The translations under genes were made by a program, and so were the position numbers. Below are positions 47,575 through 57,846 of a DNA stretch of 64,000 nt, piece by piece. How positions within the stretch are numbered: position 1 is the first letter of the stretch; the number at the start of each line of letters is the position of its first letter. The stretch lies in the NCBI GenBank assembly GCA_003213495.1, contig QCMW01000001.1, forward strand, positions 926,704-990,703. Direction: 5' to 3'. The notes beneath the pieces were generated by a model. The model was not told the DNA's origin and ran no database searches. It saw only the letters and a list, made by a program, of their open reading frames with translations. This DNA is from SAR86 cluster bacterium AG-422-O05. GTDB lineage: Bacteria > Pseudomonadota > Gammaproteobacteria > Magnimaribacterales > D2472.

Positions 47575-48732
47575 ATGAAAATCCAAGACATTTTATTATT
47601 TGATGACCAGCTTACTGATGAAGAATTAATTATTCAAAAATCAGCCCGTGACTATTGTCAAAAAGAACTCTTACCCAGGATTACAGATGCAAATAGAAAT
47701 GAAATATTTGATAAAGGTATTTATAAAGAAATGGCTGAAATGGGATTTCTTGGTGCTCCAATAAATGGTTACGGTTGTGCAGGAACAAATTATGTATCTT
47801 ATGGTTTGATAGCTCGTGAAATCGAAAGAGTAGATTCAAGTTATAGATCTGCATATAGTGTTCAAACATCTTTAGCCATGCACGCAATTTATCATTTTGG
47901 CTCAGATGAACAAAAAGATTTTTATCTGCCGCAGATGGCAAAAGGTGAGCTTATAGGTTGTTTTGGTTTAACAGAATCAGATGCAGGATCAGATCCAGCT
48001 TCAATGAAAACAAATGCAAAAGAAAAAGATGACGGTTACATTCTTAACGGATCAAAGACCTGGATCACAAATTCTCCCATAGCTGATGTTTTGGTTATTT
48101 GGGCTAAAGATGAGCAGGGTGTTTTGAGAGGTTTTATAGTCGATAGAGACTCTAAGGGATTGAGCACTCCAGAAATTGAAGGTAAGTTTGCTTTAAGAGC
48201 ATCTGTAACAGGTCAAATTTTTCTTGAAGATGTTTTTGTAAGTAAAGATAAAATACTCCCAAAGGTTCAAAGTTTTAGAGGTCCTTTTTCTTGCCTTAAC
48301 ATGGCTAGATATGGAATTGCTTGGGGTGCAATGGGTGCAGCTGAGTTCTGCTGGAATGCTGCACTTGAATATTCGCTTGAAAGAGAGCAATTTGGAAAGC
48401 CACTTGCATCAAAGCAGCTTGTTCAAAAAAAATTAGCAGATATGCAAACTGAAATTACATTAGGTCTTCAATCAGTATTAAGGTTAGGAAGACTCATTGA
48501 TGAAGATAAAATGAAACCTGAAATGATTTCTTTACTTAAAAGAAATAACTGTCAGAAAGCTTTAGATATAGCAAGATCATCAAGAGACATTCACGGTGGA
48601 AATGGCATAAGTGATGAGTATCATGTTATTAGGCACTGTATGAACTTAGAAGCAGTAAATACGTATGAAGGTACATACGATATTCACGGCTTAATTCTAG
48701 GAAAAAGTCAGACTTCGTTTGAAGCTTTTTAA
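47575..48732 (+). CDS. gcdH: acyl-CoA dehydrogenase, glutaryl-CoA dehydrogenase-like
   Basis: 385 aa. ACAD blocks [22 protein letters not shown] and YEGTYDIH. The N-terminal pattern is typical of GCDH. Confidence 0.75.
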   Translation: MKIQDILLFDDQLTDEELIIQKSARDYCQKELLPRITDANRNEIFDKGIYKEMAEMGFLGAPINGYGCAGTNYVSYGLIAREIERVDSSYRSAYSVQTSLAMHAIYHFGSDEQKDFYLPQMAKGELIGCFGLTESDAGSDPASMKTNAKEKDDGYILNGSKTWITNSPIADVLVIWAKDEQGVLRGFIVDRDSKGLSTPEIEGKFALRASVTGQIFLEDVFVSKDKILPKVQSFRGPFSCLNMARYGIAWGAMGAAEFCWNAALEYSLEREQFGKPLASKQLVQKKLADMQTEITLGLQSVLRLGRLIDEDKMKPEMISLLKRNNCQKALDIARSSRDIHGGNGISDEYHVIRHCMNLEAVNTYEGTYDIHGLILGKSQTSFEAF

Positions 48733-50795
48733 TTTTTAAGGTGTTTACCTAAAAACTCTTCAACTTTTCCATACATATTTAGACGAGCTTGTTCTCCGCC
48801 AAATCCATGACCTTCATATGGCTCAACATACCATTCGTAATCTTTTCCAAGACTGTCTAACCTGTCAGCTAATTTTCTTGCATGTACTAATCTAACATTA
48901 TTATCTTGTGCACCATGCATAATTAGAACTGGTGATTTAATTTTATGTGCCTGTCTTAATGGAGATGTTTCTATAATATATTCCATATCTTCAGGATCAT
49001 CAGGATCACCCCATTCAAGCCTAAGTTCATCATAAAATCCACCAAATCGTCTAGAGTTTCTATTTGAGTCTTCTTGTAGAAGTTCTAAGTCAACAACACC
49101 AACATAATTGATGCCAGCAGCATATAAATCAGGTGTAAAAGTTAACCCTGCCATAGTGGCATATCCACCATAACTTCCACCAAAGATTGCTACACGATCC
49201 GGATCAGCCACACCTTGTTCAATCAGATAATTTACTCCATCAGTAATGTCATCTTGCATTGTCTTACCAAATTGTTTGTTAGCTGAGATGTAATGATATG
49301 CACCATAACCAGTAGAACCTCTAAAATTTGGCTGAAAAACTGCATAACCTCTATTGGCCATAAATTGAACGTCAGGGTCATAACCCATTGTATCTCTCGC
49401 ATTGGGACCGCCATGGGGATGAACAACCATAGGTAAATTTTTACCACTAGAATTGACTGGAATAGTTAAATAACCGTAGATTTCAAGTCCATCACGAGCC
49501 GTGTAATTAATTGGGACTTTTTTTGCCAATTTAGTTCTATCAATCCATGGAGACCTTTCCCATAAGAAGGATAAAATTACATTCTCTTTATCAAAATACC
49601 AGTACTCACCTGGATTTGAAGAACTAGAAACCGAGTAAACCACTTTATTTCTATCTTTACTCCAAGTCACTGGTCTAACAACAACATCCTCTCCACGATC
49701 AGCAATGAAGTGGCCCAAAATCATTTCATATGATTGTTTTAATTCTTCATTAAAAATAAGCCTTTCTGGTTTTTCGGCATAATAACTTACGTAAATAAGT
49801 TCATTGGTTTTTTCATCAATTGCAGCACCGCCATCAGCTGTTCTGCAACCACCAACAGGTCCAGCAACATCATAAGTTGGATCTTCAAACAAAAGGTCAA
49901 AGTTTCTAGTTTCAGGATCATAAACAAATAATTTACTCTTATCATTATCACTATTCCATGTTTTTGATTTTGAAACATCTTGTCCTGCAACAAGCCATTT
50001 ACCCTCGTAACCACTTAAAGGAAAAAATGTTGGTGTTTGACATACATTTGTAAAATGTATTTCCCAAGCATCTTCACTTGGTAGATATCTCCATATTCTC
50101 CATGTATTTCCAATGTTAGACACTGCTGCAAGAGGGGTTCCGTCAGCTTTTTCAATTACGTTAGCTAACCATTCTTCTTTTTCAATATCTGGACCAGACG
50201 CAACTTTTTTCTTTGCGCCAGTAAATATGTTCATTTTGTAATAATCATCAACAGTTCCTCGTCTTTCATTTATTTTTACCATTACAAAATTGTCTTCCTC
50301 AGGGAGTAAGCTTGTTAATTTTGGTGAAGACAAGACACCTTGTGAGGTTTTAAATTCATATAATGTCTTCTTTTTTTTGCCATCAATGTTCATTCCCCAT
50401 AATGCATATGCAGAAAGTGATTTACCTGACGAATTTGTTGGTTCTGTCGTGAAAATAATTCTTTCATTAGAGACCCATCTTACTGAACCAACACTACTGT
50501 TACCTCTTCCTGAAGTTAAAACAGTTGTTGAGCCATTATCAGTACTATATAAAATTAATTTTCCACCTCTATAATCGTCTTCAATTCTTTTTTGAAGATC
50601 TGGCTCAATATCACATTTGTCATCTCTCGGTTGTGTGACGATTGCAATATATTTGCCATCAGGCGACATTTGCATACTATGATTGTTGCCATAGCAAGCA
50701 AAAAATTCTGCCGGAATTAAATCATCTGAATAAGACGATTGTGTAAAGAATACAAAAATTAAAGAAAAACAAGTTTTTAATAATTTATTAATCAT
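48729..50795 (-). CDS. S9-family serine peptidase (prolyl oligopeptidase / dipeptidyl aminopeptidase type), exported
   Basis: 688 aa. Signal peptide, beta-propeller N-half, catalytic Ser block GGSYGGY, and a C-terminal D/H region ([13 protein letters not shown]). Confidence 0.8.
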   Translation of the reverse strand: MINKLLKTCFSLIFVFFTQSSYSDDLIPAEFFACYGNNHSMQMSPDGKYIAIVTQPRDDKCDIEPDLQKRIEDDYRGGKLILYSTDNGSTTVLTSGRGNSSVGSVRWVSNERIIFTTEPTNSSGKSLSAYALWGMNIDGKKKKTLYEFKTSQGVLSSPKLTSLLPEEDNFVMVKINERRGTVDDYYKMNIFTGAKKKVASGPDIEKEEWLANVIEKADGTPLAAVSNIGNTWRIWRYLPSEDAWEIHFTNVCQTPTFFPLSGYEGKWLVAGQDVSKSKTWNSDNDKSKLFVYDPETRNFDLLFEDPTYDVAGPVGGCRTADGGAAIDEKTNELIYVSYYAEKPERLIFNEELKQSYEMILGHFIADRGEDVVVRPVTWSKDRNKVVYSVSSSSNPGEYWYFDKENVILSFLWERSPWIDRTKLAKKVPINYTARDGLEIYGYLTIPVNSSGKNLPMVVHPHGGPNARDTMGYDPDVQFMANRGYAVFQPNFRGSTGYGAYHYISANKQFGKTMQDDITDGVNYLIEQGVADPDRVAIFGGSYGGYATMAGLTFTPDLYAAGINYVGVVDLELLQEDSNRNSRRFGGFYDELRLEWGDPDDPEDMEYIIETSPLRQAHKIKSPVLIMHGAQDNNVRLVHARKLADRLDSLGKDYEWYVEPYEGHGFGGEQARLNMYGKVEEFLGKHLKN

Positions 50796-50970
50796 AAAAT
50801 ACCTATATAAGTTGAAATTAGTGAATTTTTTGTATTATTACATAACTGAATTAGCTTATATATCAAATTTGTGTAATAAATGTATATAAAAAAAATCAAA
50901 TAGTTCTATGTTTTTTAAGCAAAATATAGTAATTTAGTGTTTTAAGTAATCGTATTACGGGGATATTTTT

Positions 50971-53900
50971 ATGATTAAAGACATGAAAAACTTATTTTTA
51001 TTCTCATTATTAACTGTTACTTTCGCCGTTGTTGCAGATAATCCAGGCGAACAAGCAGTTGGTGATGAGCCAGAAACAGAAGCAGTAGTAGAAGAATCTG
51101 TTGAATCTACTCCTGTTGCTACGGAAGGCGACTCATCTGGTGATGGTGAATCATCTGAATCTGAAGAAGGTGTTGTAACTCTTGAAAAGGTCACAGTTAC
51201 TGGATCAAGAATTAAAAGAAGCCAAGTTGAAGGAGCTAGCCCATTAATCGTTATCACAAAACAAGATATGAAGGATAATGGTTATAGGAATCTTACAGAA
51301 GCACTTCAAAGTCTTCCAATAGCTAACGCAGCTACTCAGAATGAGTCTCTTGTTAACACTTTCACACCAAATGCTAATGAGCTTGACTTGAGAAGATTTG
51401 GTCCTGGTAGAGTTTTAGTACTTGTTAATGGAAGAAGAATGGCAGACTACCCATTCCCATATAACAACTCATCAAACTTCGTTAACACAGGAACGATTCC
51501 AGCAGGTCTTATCGACAGAATTGAAATTTTAACATCTGGTTCTTCAGCTGTTTATGGTTCTGACGCTGTTACTGGTGTTGTCAACATTATTACAACTACT
51601 GGTAAAGAGTACAACGAAATTGATTTCTATGTTGGTGAAACAGAGCATGGCGGAGACAATATAATTGATCTTACATTTACAACAGGTGGTTTCTCAGGGA
51701 ATCATAGTTGGACAGTTGGTGCAAACATGTATCACATTGATCCCATGTATTATAACGACAGAGAAGATTTTGACAGTTGGGAAGATAACCCAATTTGGTC
51801 TGATCCAAATGATCCCCAATATAGATCAGACGCAGTATTTGCTGATTACTTAATGTCACTTCAAAGTATTTCTGGATACGACAGTACTCCAAGAGGTTAT
51901 GGTGAATACGGTTACGATGCTTATGCAGCTAATGGATACTCATGTCCAGATATATATCCAGCAGGTTTCAAATGGAATAAAGCTGACTATGGATATACAT
52001 CACCTCCTTATTCATATCCTGGATCATATTGTGTACAAGACTATAGTGATGATCAGCAAACATTAATTAATGAAAGAGATGAGTACACAGTAATGGGTAC
52101 TTATAACTACAATTTTGATAACGGAGTCACTCTTACTGCTAGAGCTTTTTATTATGAATCTGAATCATTCATAAACAGCTTCTCAAGATGGTTTAGAATG
52201 AGTGATGTTTGGACAGCCACACCTCATACCACAAGACAAGATTCAGGTTTTGGTGGGCTAATTGGTGATAATAATTTTGGTAGATACAGATATACAAGAA
52301 CTCTTGGAGGATTAGCTGGACCTAATTCAAGAAGAGAGTCTAATTATACTGAAGACGTCACAGATGTATTCGTTGGCTTGAATGGTGTTTATGACAATGG
52401 TATGGAATGGTCAGCAGGTATAAGTACAACTGAATACAATTCAGTTTATGAATCATCACCACTTACAACTGCTGTGTATGATTGGATTACAGGTGCAGAT
52501 AGAGGTGATACAACAGATATATCTGGTTTCTATAAATGGAGAGGCGATCTTTATTACAATGCAGCCTATGCTTTTGGAGTAGCTTCATATTTAAGTTACG
52601 CTAATTTTTACTATTCATATATGGATACCCCTGCAGCTCAAAACCATCCTTGTGGTGTTGATACAATTGTTGATCCATTATTTGGTACAACTTATTCTGC
52701 TTGTTTAGCATGGGATAGAGCTTTCTCACCAATACCTGATAGTGCTGTTGGTGCGTTTAATGCTCCTGAAGTAACTGGTGCTGAAACATCATCAACTATG
52801 ATTGATTACCAAGTTTCTGGCGAACTTGACTATCAACTACCTGGTGGTCCAATAGGTTTCGCAGCTGTTTTTGAATATCATGAAAATGATTATTTACTTA
52901 AACCTGATCAAAGAAGAGTTGATTCCGATAATGAAGTTCCTGGAGCAGTAATATTTATTAATGGTTCTGCAAGACAAGGTGGTGGTGATAGAGATAGAAC
53001 ATCTGTTGGTGTTGAATTCTTACTACCAGTACTACCAAAACTTGAGCTAACAGCAGCATTAAGATCTGATGAATATGATGATGAGTCAAGTGCAGTTGGA
53101 AGAAGACAATCAGCTATGCTTAACTTCGCATACAGACCAAATGATAAATTCCTACTAAGAGGTGGAGCATCTGAAAGTTTCAGAGCACCAGATATGCATT
53201 ATGTTTATGCTGGAAGCAGTTCATATTTCACTAGCGTTACAGACTATTACCAATGTTTTGCTACTGGAGTACCTACTTTCCAAGCATGTGATAATTCATC
53301 CACAATTAAAGGAAGATTCCAAGGAAATAAAGCTTTAGAAGAGGAATCTGGAGAAAATTATTACTTAGGTTTCGTTTGGGATATATCTGAAGGCTTATCA
53401 TTCACAATGGATGCTTTCCATGTGAAGCTTGAAGGTGCAGTAACAAACCTTGATGTTCAAAACATTGCTAACAGAGAAGGTTATTGTTTAGAAGGTGAGG
53501 CTTTTGCAACATGGCTAAATAATTCAAACTTTGCTGGTATTAACTGTACAGAAACTCTTGCAGCTATTAAAAGAGCAACGCCTGGTGACTTGGATACTGA
53601 TGGCATTGGTGCTTATGACGAAATAACCACATATAATACAAACCAGTCATTTGAAGAGTTCCAAGGTATTGATACAACTCTAAGATATAATTTCTCAACA
53701 GAATCAGCTGGTGATTTTGGGTTTGTTCTATACAACTCAAACATCATCTCAAGAAAGAGAAAAGAGGATTCTAATTCAGATACTCTAGAATTATTAGACT
53801 ATTATCTATATGAGCCAAGATCACAGCAGACCGCTACTACAACATGGAGATATGATGACTGGAGAGTTTCATTATTCATGGATAGAACTGGTCATACTGA

Positions 53901-54114
53901 ACAGTATTATGGAGAAAAAGGTGACCCATTCATCACTGCTAACCTATCTGTGGGTTATAACTACTCAGCAGACTTATCTTTAAGAGCTACAATAGCTAAC
54001 ATTGAAGACAAAATGCCTGAGAAAGATAGTGCATATGGATGGCCTTACTTCAACAGAAGCTACTACAGTATTTTTGGTAGAGCTGTTTATGTAAGCGCAT
54101 CTTATAGATTCTAA
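50971..54114 (+). CDS. TonB-dependent receptor (TBDR-3) with an acidic low-complexity N-terminal linker
   Basis: 1047 aa. Signal peptide, about 45 aa of D/E/S-rich linker, TonB box GVVTLEKVTVTGSRIKR, plug motifs (RVLVLVNGRRM, DRIEILTSGSSAVYGSDAVTGVVNIIT), and a terminal ..SASYRF. Confidence 0.88.
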   Translation: MIKDMKNLFLFSLLTVTFAVVADNPGEQAVGDEPETEAVVEESVESTPVATEGDSSGDGESSESEEGVVTLEKVTVTGSRIKRSQVEGASPLIVITKQDMKDNGYRNLTEALQSLPIANAATQNESLVNTFTPNANELDLRRFGPGRVLVLVNGRRMADYPFPYNNSSNFVNTGTIPAGLIDRIEILTSGSSAVYGSDAVTGVVNIITTTGKEYNEIDFYVGETEHGGDNIIDLTFTTGGFSGNHSWTVGANMYHIDPMYYNDREDFDSWEDNPIWSDPNDPQYRSDAVFADYLMSLQSISGYDSTPRGYGEYGYDAYAANGYSCPDIYPAGFKWNKADYGYTSPPYSYPGSYCVQDYSDDQQTLINERDEYTVMGTYNYNFDNGVTLTARAFYYESESFINSFSRWFRMSDVWTATPHTTRQDSGFGGLIGDNNFGRYRYTRTLGGLAGPNSRRESNYTEDVTDVFVGLNGVYDNGMEWSAGISTTEYNSVYESSPLTTAVYDWITGADRGDTTDISGFYKWRGDLYYNAAYAFGVASYLSYANFYYSYMDTPAAQNHPCGVDTIVDPLFGTTYSACLAWDRAFSPIPDSAVGAFNAPEVTGAETSSTMIDYQVSGELDYQLPGGPIGFAAVFEYHENDYLLKPDQRRVDSDNEVPGAVIFINGSARQGGGDRDRTSVGVEFLLPVLPKLELTAALRSDEYDDESSAVGRRQSAMLNFAYRPNDKFLLRGGASESFRAPDMHYVYAGSSSYFTSVTDYYQCFATGVPTFQACDNSSTIKGRFQGNKALEEESGENYYLGFVWDISEGLSFTMDAFHVKLEGAVTNLDVQNIANREGYCLEGEAFATWLNNSNFAGINCTETLAAIKRATPGDLDTDGIGAYDEITTYNTNQSFEEFQGIDTTLRYNFSTESAGDFGFVLYNSNIISRKRKEDSNSDTLELLDYYLYEPRSQQTATTTWRYDDWRVSLFMDRTGHTEQYYGEKGDPFITANLSVGYNYSADLSLRATIANIEDKMPEKDSAYGWPYFNRSYYSIFGRAVYVSASYRF

Positions 54115-54153
54115 AAAAATATATATTAAATAGACTAAAAACTATATAATATC

Positions 54154-54183
54154 GGGGCCTTCAAGTAAGGCCCCATTTTTTTT
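54154..54183 (+). terminator. rho-independent terminator after TBDR-3
   Basis: GGGGCCTT / CAAGT loop / AAGGCCCC followed by ATTTTTTTT. Confidence 0.72.
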
Positions 54184-54188
54184 AACTT

Positions 54189-54977
54189 ATGAAAAATAAT
54201 ATTTTAATTTTTACCACAATATTCTTTGGAATATTTACTTTTGCACAAGAAGAACCTGAAACGATTGTTCCTGAAAACCCTGAACAGCTCGTTAATGATT
54301 CAATAGATATTCAATCTGGAACAATTAAAAATCTGCAGCAAGCTCAAGAAAGAATTGATAAATTAGATACTGAATCAAAGCGTCTTACAAACGAATATAA
54401 AGATACTATCGTTGAATTTGAGATTCTAAATAAATATGACAATCAGCTTGAGCGTATTACCATAAGTCAAGCTGAAGAAATCGCTAATATTACAAAACAG
54501 ATTGAAGATTTAGATGAAACAAATAAATATGTCTTACCTCTTTTAGAAAGAATGGTCATTACTCTTAGAGATCTAATTGAAATAGACGTACCTTTTTTAA
54601 TGGATGAGAGAATGGCGAGACTTGAAGAGTTAGAAGATATCTTATTTAAGGCCAATTTCTCAACTGCTGAAAAATTTAGAAAGATATATGAAGCCTATCA
54701 AATAGAAAATGAGTATGGAAGAACGATCGAAGCTTATTCTGGCTCAATAGATGTTGATGGTATTATTTTGGCAGCACAGTTTTTTAGACTAGGTAGATTA
54801 AATCTTTATTACATGACACCAGATGGTGGCGAAACAGGTTATTGGGATAAAAGTCAAAAATCTTGGGTGCATTTAGGCGGTAAATATTCTGATGAAATTG
54901 ATTCTGCTCTAAAAATTGCCTATAAACAAGCACCACCAGATTTCATTAATCTTCCGGTTCAAGGAGTAGAAAAATGA
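54189..54977 (+). CDS. DUF3450 periplasmic coiled-coil protein (TtpB-like, TonB2-system accessory)
   Basis: 262 aa. Signal peptide, long coiled coil, and the conserved tail Y.IE.EYGRTIEAY.G.......... . It occupies the first position of an exbB/exbD/tonB cluster. Confidence 0.7.
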   Translation: MKNNILIFTTIFFGIFTFAQEEPETIVPENPEQLVNDSIDIQSGTIKNLQQAQERIDKLDTESKRLTNEYKDTIVEFEILNKYDNQLERITISQAEEIANITKQIEDLDETNKYVLPLLERMVITLRDLIEIDVPFLMDERMARLEELEDILFKANFSTAEKFRKIYEAYQIENEYGRTIEAYSGSIDVDGIILAAQFFRLGRLNLYYMTPDGGETGYWDKSQKSWVHLGGKYSDEIDSALKIAYKQAPPDFINLPVQGVEK

Positions 54978-56305
54978 ATAAAATTTATCTACTAACTTTT
55001 TTAATTTTTACTAGTTTCTTTATTAATGCTCAAGATACTCAAGAAGAGGTTGATCCAAATATTGAAAGAGTTGAGAAGATTCAAGATCTTATAAATAGAG
55101 TTGAAGAAAATAGAGAGGAACTATCTAAAATTGATGCTCAAAGAATTGATAACTTTATAAAAAAAGTTGCTGACAGAAGATTTCTTTTATCAAAAGCTCA
55201 GAAACAATTATCTGATGAAGAAGCAAGAAATCAAAGATTAGAAGATCTTTTTGAATCAAATGAACTTAAACTATCCGAACTTGAAACTGAGCTTAATATT
55301 AAGCTTGGAGTTTTAGGAGAGTTATTTGGTGTAGCTAGACAAATGGCAGGTGAGCTTCAAGCTGATTCAGAGTCTGCATATAATTTTTCAGAACATCCAA
55401 ATAGAACAGATGCATTGAATGAAATTGGAAAAATTAAAGTTCATAATCTCAAAAACCTTGAGGATTTGTGGGTATTACATTTGAATGAAATAAATTCTTC
55501 TGGAGAAATCAAAGAAATCAAGGCAAATGTTATCAACTCCGATGGTGATATTGAAGAAGACTCATTGGTTAGATATGGACCATTTAATATGGTTAAAAAT
55601 AGATCTTTTGTAAAAACAGATATTGCTAATAATGCTTACTCAGTCCTTCAAAAACAACCAGATAGATCATTAAGAAGGCAATTCCGATCCCACTATCGTT
55701 CAGATGGTTACGCGGTAGCTCCTGTAGATCCAACTCGTGGATTTCTTTTATCACTTTATCTAGATAAGCCATCTACTTTTGAAAGAATTGCTCAAGGTAA
55801 ATTAATAGGATTTATTATTGTCATAATTGGTTTGTCAGGATTAATTTTTGCAGCGTATAGGTATTACACGTTATACATTTATTCAAAAACTATAAGCTCA
55901 AATGAAAATTCGGATGTTTTCAATAAAATTCAATCTATCTCTGATAACGCAAAAGATGTTGATACGTTTGAGCGAGAATGTGATGAAGTTTTATTAACTG
56001 TAAATGGAAATTTAAGTTGGGGTGTGAACTGGATAAAGTTTCTTGCTGCTGTAGCCCCATTACTTGGATTGCTAGGTACAGTTATTGGTATGATTGAAAC
56101 ATTTCAAGCTATTACTGTATTTGGTACTGGTGATCCAAAACAAATGGCAGGTGGAATCTCGCAAGCTCTTGTAACTACAATGCTTGGATTAATTTTCGCA
56201 GCACCTTTATTAGCAATGTATACATTATTGTCTGAAAAAGTATCTGAAATTCTTCAAGAAATAGAAGAGTTTGTCGCTGTTACTATAGTAAAAAAGGTTA
56301 AGTAA
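54974..56305 (+). CDS. long MotA/TolQ/ExbB-family proton-channel protein (TtpC-like)
   Basis: 443 aa. Large N-terminal periplasmic coiled-coil region plus a C-terminal ExbB core (APLLGLLGTVIGMIETF, GGISQALVTTMLGL). Confidence 0.72.
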   Translation: MNKIYLLTFLIFTSFFINAQDTQEEVDPNIERVEKIQDLINRVEENREELSKIDAQRIDNFIKKVADRRFLLSKAQKQLSDEEARNQRLEDLFESNELKLSELETELNIKLGVLGELFGVARQMAGELQADSESAYNFSEHPNRTDALNEIGKIKVHNLKNLEDLWVLHLNEINSSGEIKEIKANVINSDGDIEEDSLVRYGPFNMVKNRSFVKTDIANNAYSVLQKQPDRSLRRQFRSHYRSDGYAVAPVDPTRGFLLSLYLDKPSTFERIAQGKLIGFIIVIIGLSGLIFAAYRYYTLYIYSKTISSNENSDVFNKIQSISDNAKDVDTFERECDEVLLTVNGNLSWGVNWIKFLAAVAPLLGLLGTVIGMIETFQAITVFGTGDPKQMAGGISQALVTTMLGLIFAAPLLAMYTLLSEKVSEILQEIEEFVAVTIVKKVK

Positions 56306-56817
56306 TGTTGGGATTAGCTGAACTATTTGATAGGGGAGGTCCAGTACTTTATATTTTATTTATTGTCACACTTTTTATTTGGTTTATTATTTTTTCAAAA
56401 TATTTAAGTACCTCTTACAATAATAAAAATTGGATAAAGAATAATTTTGATACATTTTCAAATGGTGTAAACATCAATCGCTCAAATATCCACTTATTTG
56501 AAGAATCTTTTTTAATTCATATAAAAAGGGTTTCTACACAAAAATTAAAAATGTTGGATGGTTTGATAGGTTTATGTCCAATGCTTGGTCTCCTCGGAAC
56601 AGTTTATGGAATGATTGAGGTTTTTGAAGTGCTTGCAGTTTTAGGTACTGGAAACCCAAGAGCTATGTCAACGGGTGTTGCTAAAGCTACTATTCCAACA
56701 ATGGCAGGGATGACCATTGCACTTAGCGGGCTATTTTTCAAATTTGATTTAGCAAATAGAGTAGAAAGGTATCAAGAAGAGGCAAGAAATTTTCTCAAGA
56801 AAACAATTACAGTATGA
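56305..56817 (+). CDS. exbB: ExbB/TolQ-family proton channel subunit
   Basis: 170 aa. CPMLGLLGTVYGMIEVF and VAKATIPTMAGMTIAL. Confidence 0.8.
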   Translation: MLGLAELFDRGGPVLYILFIVTLFIWFIIFSKYLSTSYNNKNWIKNNFDTFSNGVNINRSNIHLFEESFLIHIKRVSTQKLKMLDGLIGLCPMLGLLGTVYGMIEVFEVLAVLGTGNPRAMSTGVAKATIPTMAGMTIALSGLFFKFDLANRVERYQEEARNFLKKTITV

Positions 56818-57224
56818 AAAGATATAACAAAAGAAGATTAGCGCAAGAAGAAGCTGCATTAGATTTGACACCAATGATGGATATTGTCTTCATTATGCTC
56901 ATTTTCTTTATAGTAACTACCTCTTTTGTAAAAGAGACTGGAGTTGATGTCAACAGACCAAATGCAGAAACTGCAGAAAGAGATGAAAAAGGAAATATAC
57001 TCGTTGCAATAACTGAAAATGACGAAATTTGGATCGACAAACGAAGAGTAGATTTAAAAGCTGTTAGAGCAAATATAGAAAGACTTAAAATTGAGTATCC
57101 TGAAGGATCAGTAATTATTCAAGCCGATCAAAGATCAAGGTCTGGATTATTAGTAGAGGCAATGGATCAAATCAGATTGGCTGGCGTTACTAATATATCT
57201 ATAGCGGCAAAAAATGATAATTAA
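56814..57224 (+). CDS. exbD: biopolymer transport protein ExbD/TolR
   Basis: 136 aa. LDLTPMMDIVFIMLIFFIV followed by a periplasmic domain. Confidence 0.85.
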   Translation: MKRYNKRRLAQEEAALDLTPMMDIVFIMLIFFIVTTSFVKETGVDVNRPNAETAERDEKGNILVAITENDEIWIDKRRVDLKAVRANIERLKIEYPEGSVIIQADQRSRSGLLVEAMDQIRLAGVTNISIAAKNDN

Positions 57225-57846
57225 AAAATACGAAAAGTTTTACCCACATTTCCTCGCATTTGTTGCTGCTTTTTGTATTTTTTTATTAATGCAATATTTA
57301 ATATCGACAGATGTATTTAATAAAAAAAATGATGAAGATATTAGTTATTTAGAGTTTATTAGAATAAATACAGATGATTCTCTGCTTGAAAGAGATCGAA
57401 AAATTCCTGATAGACCAAAACCTGAAAAAAGACCTCCACCTCCACCTGATATTGATCTCCAACAAGATACAAAACTGATTAGACCAAATTTGGATATCGA
57501 ATTACCAAATTTTTCAGTTCCTGTTGATTTTAGTGGTGCATTTCTTGGCAACATGAATGATTTACAAGGAACATCATCTGCATTAATACCAATGGTCAGA
57601 GTTCAACCGCAATGCCCAATTCAGGCTATTCAAGGAGGTATTGACGGCTCAGTAAGAGTATATTTAGTAGTTGGACCGAATGGTAGGGTAAAATTAGCAA
57701 GAATATTAAGAGCAACTAATGGCACACTTTTTAATAAGGAGGCTACGAAAGCTATCAGAAGATGGCAATTTAAGCCAAAAGTTATTAATGGTATACCTGT
57801 TGAACAGGCTGGAGAAGTAGAAATTGACTTTATTTGTAATGCGTAA
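57214..57846 (+). CDS. tonB: energy transducer TonB
   Basis: 210 aa. N-terminal anchor, Pro-rich spacer PDRPKPEKRPPPPPD, and a C-terminal TonB_C domain (P.CP..A....I.GSVRVYLVVGPNGRV....L.A......F.KEA.KAIRRWQFKP). Confidence 0.78.
   Translation: MIIKKYEKFYPHFLAFVAAFCIFLLMQYLISTDVFNKKNDEDISYLEFIRINTDDSLLERDRKIPDRPKPEKRPPPPPDIDLQQDTKLIRPNLDIELPNFSVPVDFSGAFLGNMNDLQGTSSALIPMVRVQPQCPIQAIQGGIDGSVRVYLVVGPNGRVKLARILRATNGTLFNKEATKAIRRWQFKPKVINGIPVEQAGEVEIDFICNA

Noticed and set aside
50955-51257. 100-aa minus-strand ORF rich in S/D/P/T upstream of and overlapping the TBDR-3 start
   Set aside because: It is the mirror image of the acidic low-complexity linker of TBDR-3. The plus-strand frame continues into an unmistakable TonB box and plug.
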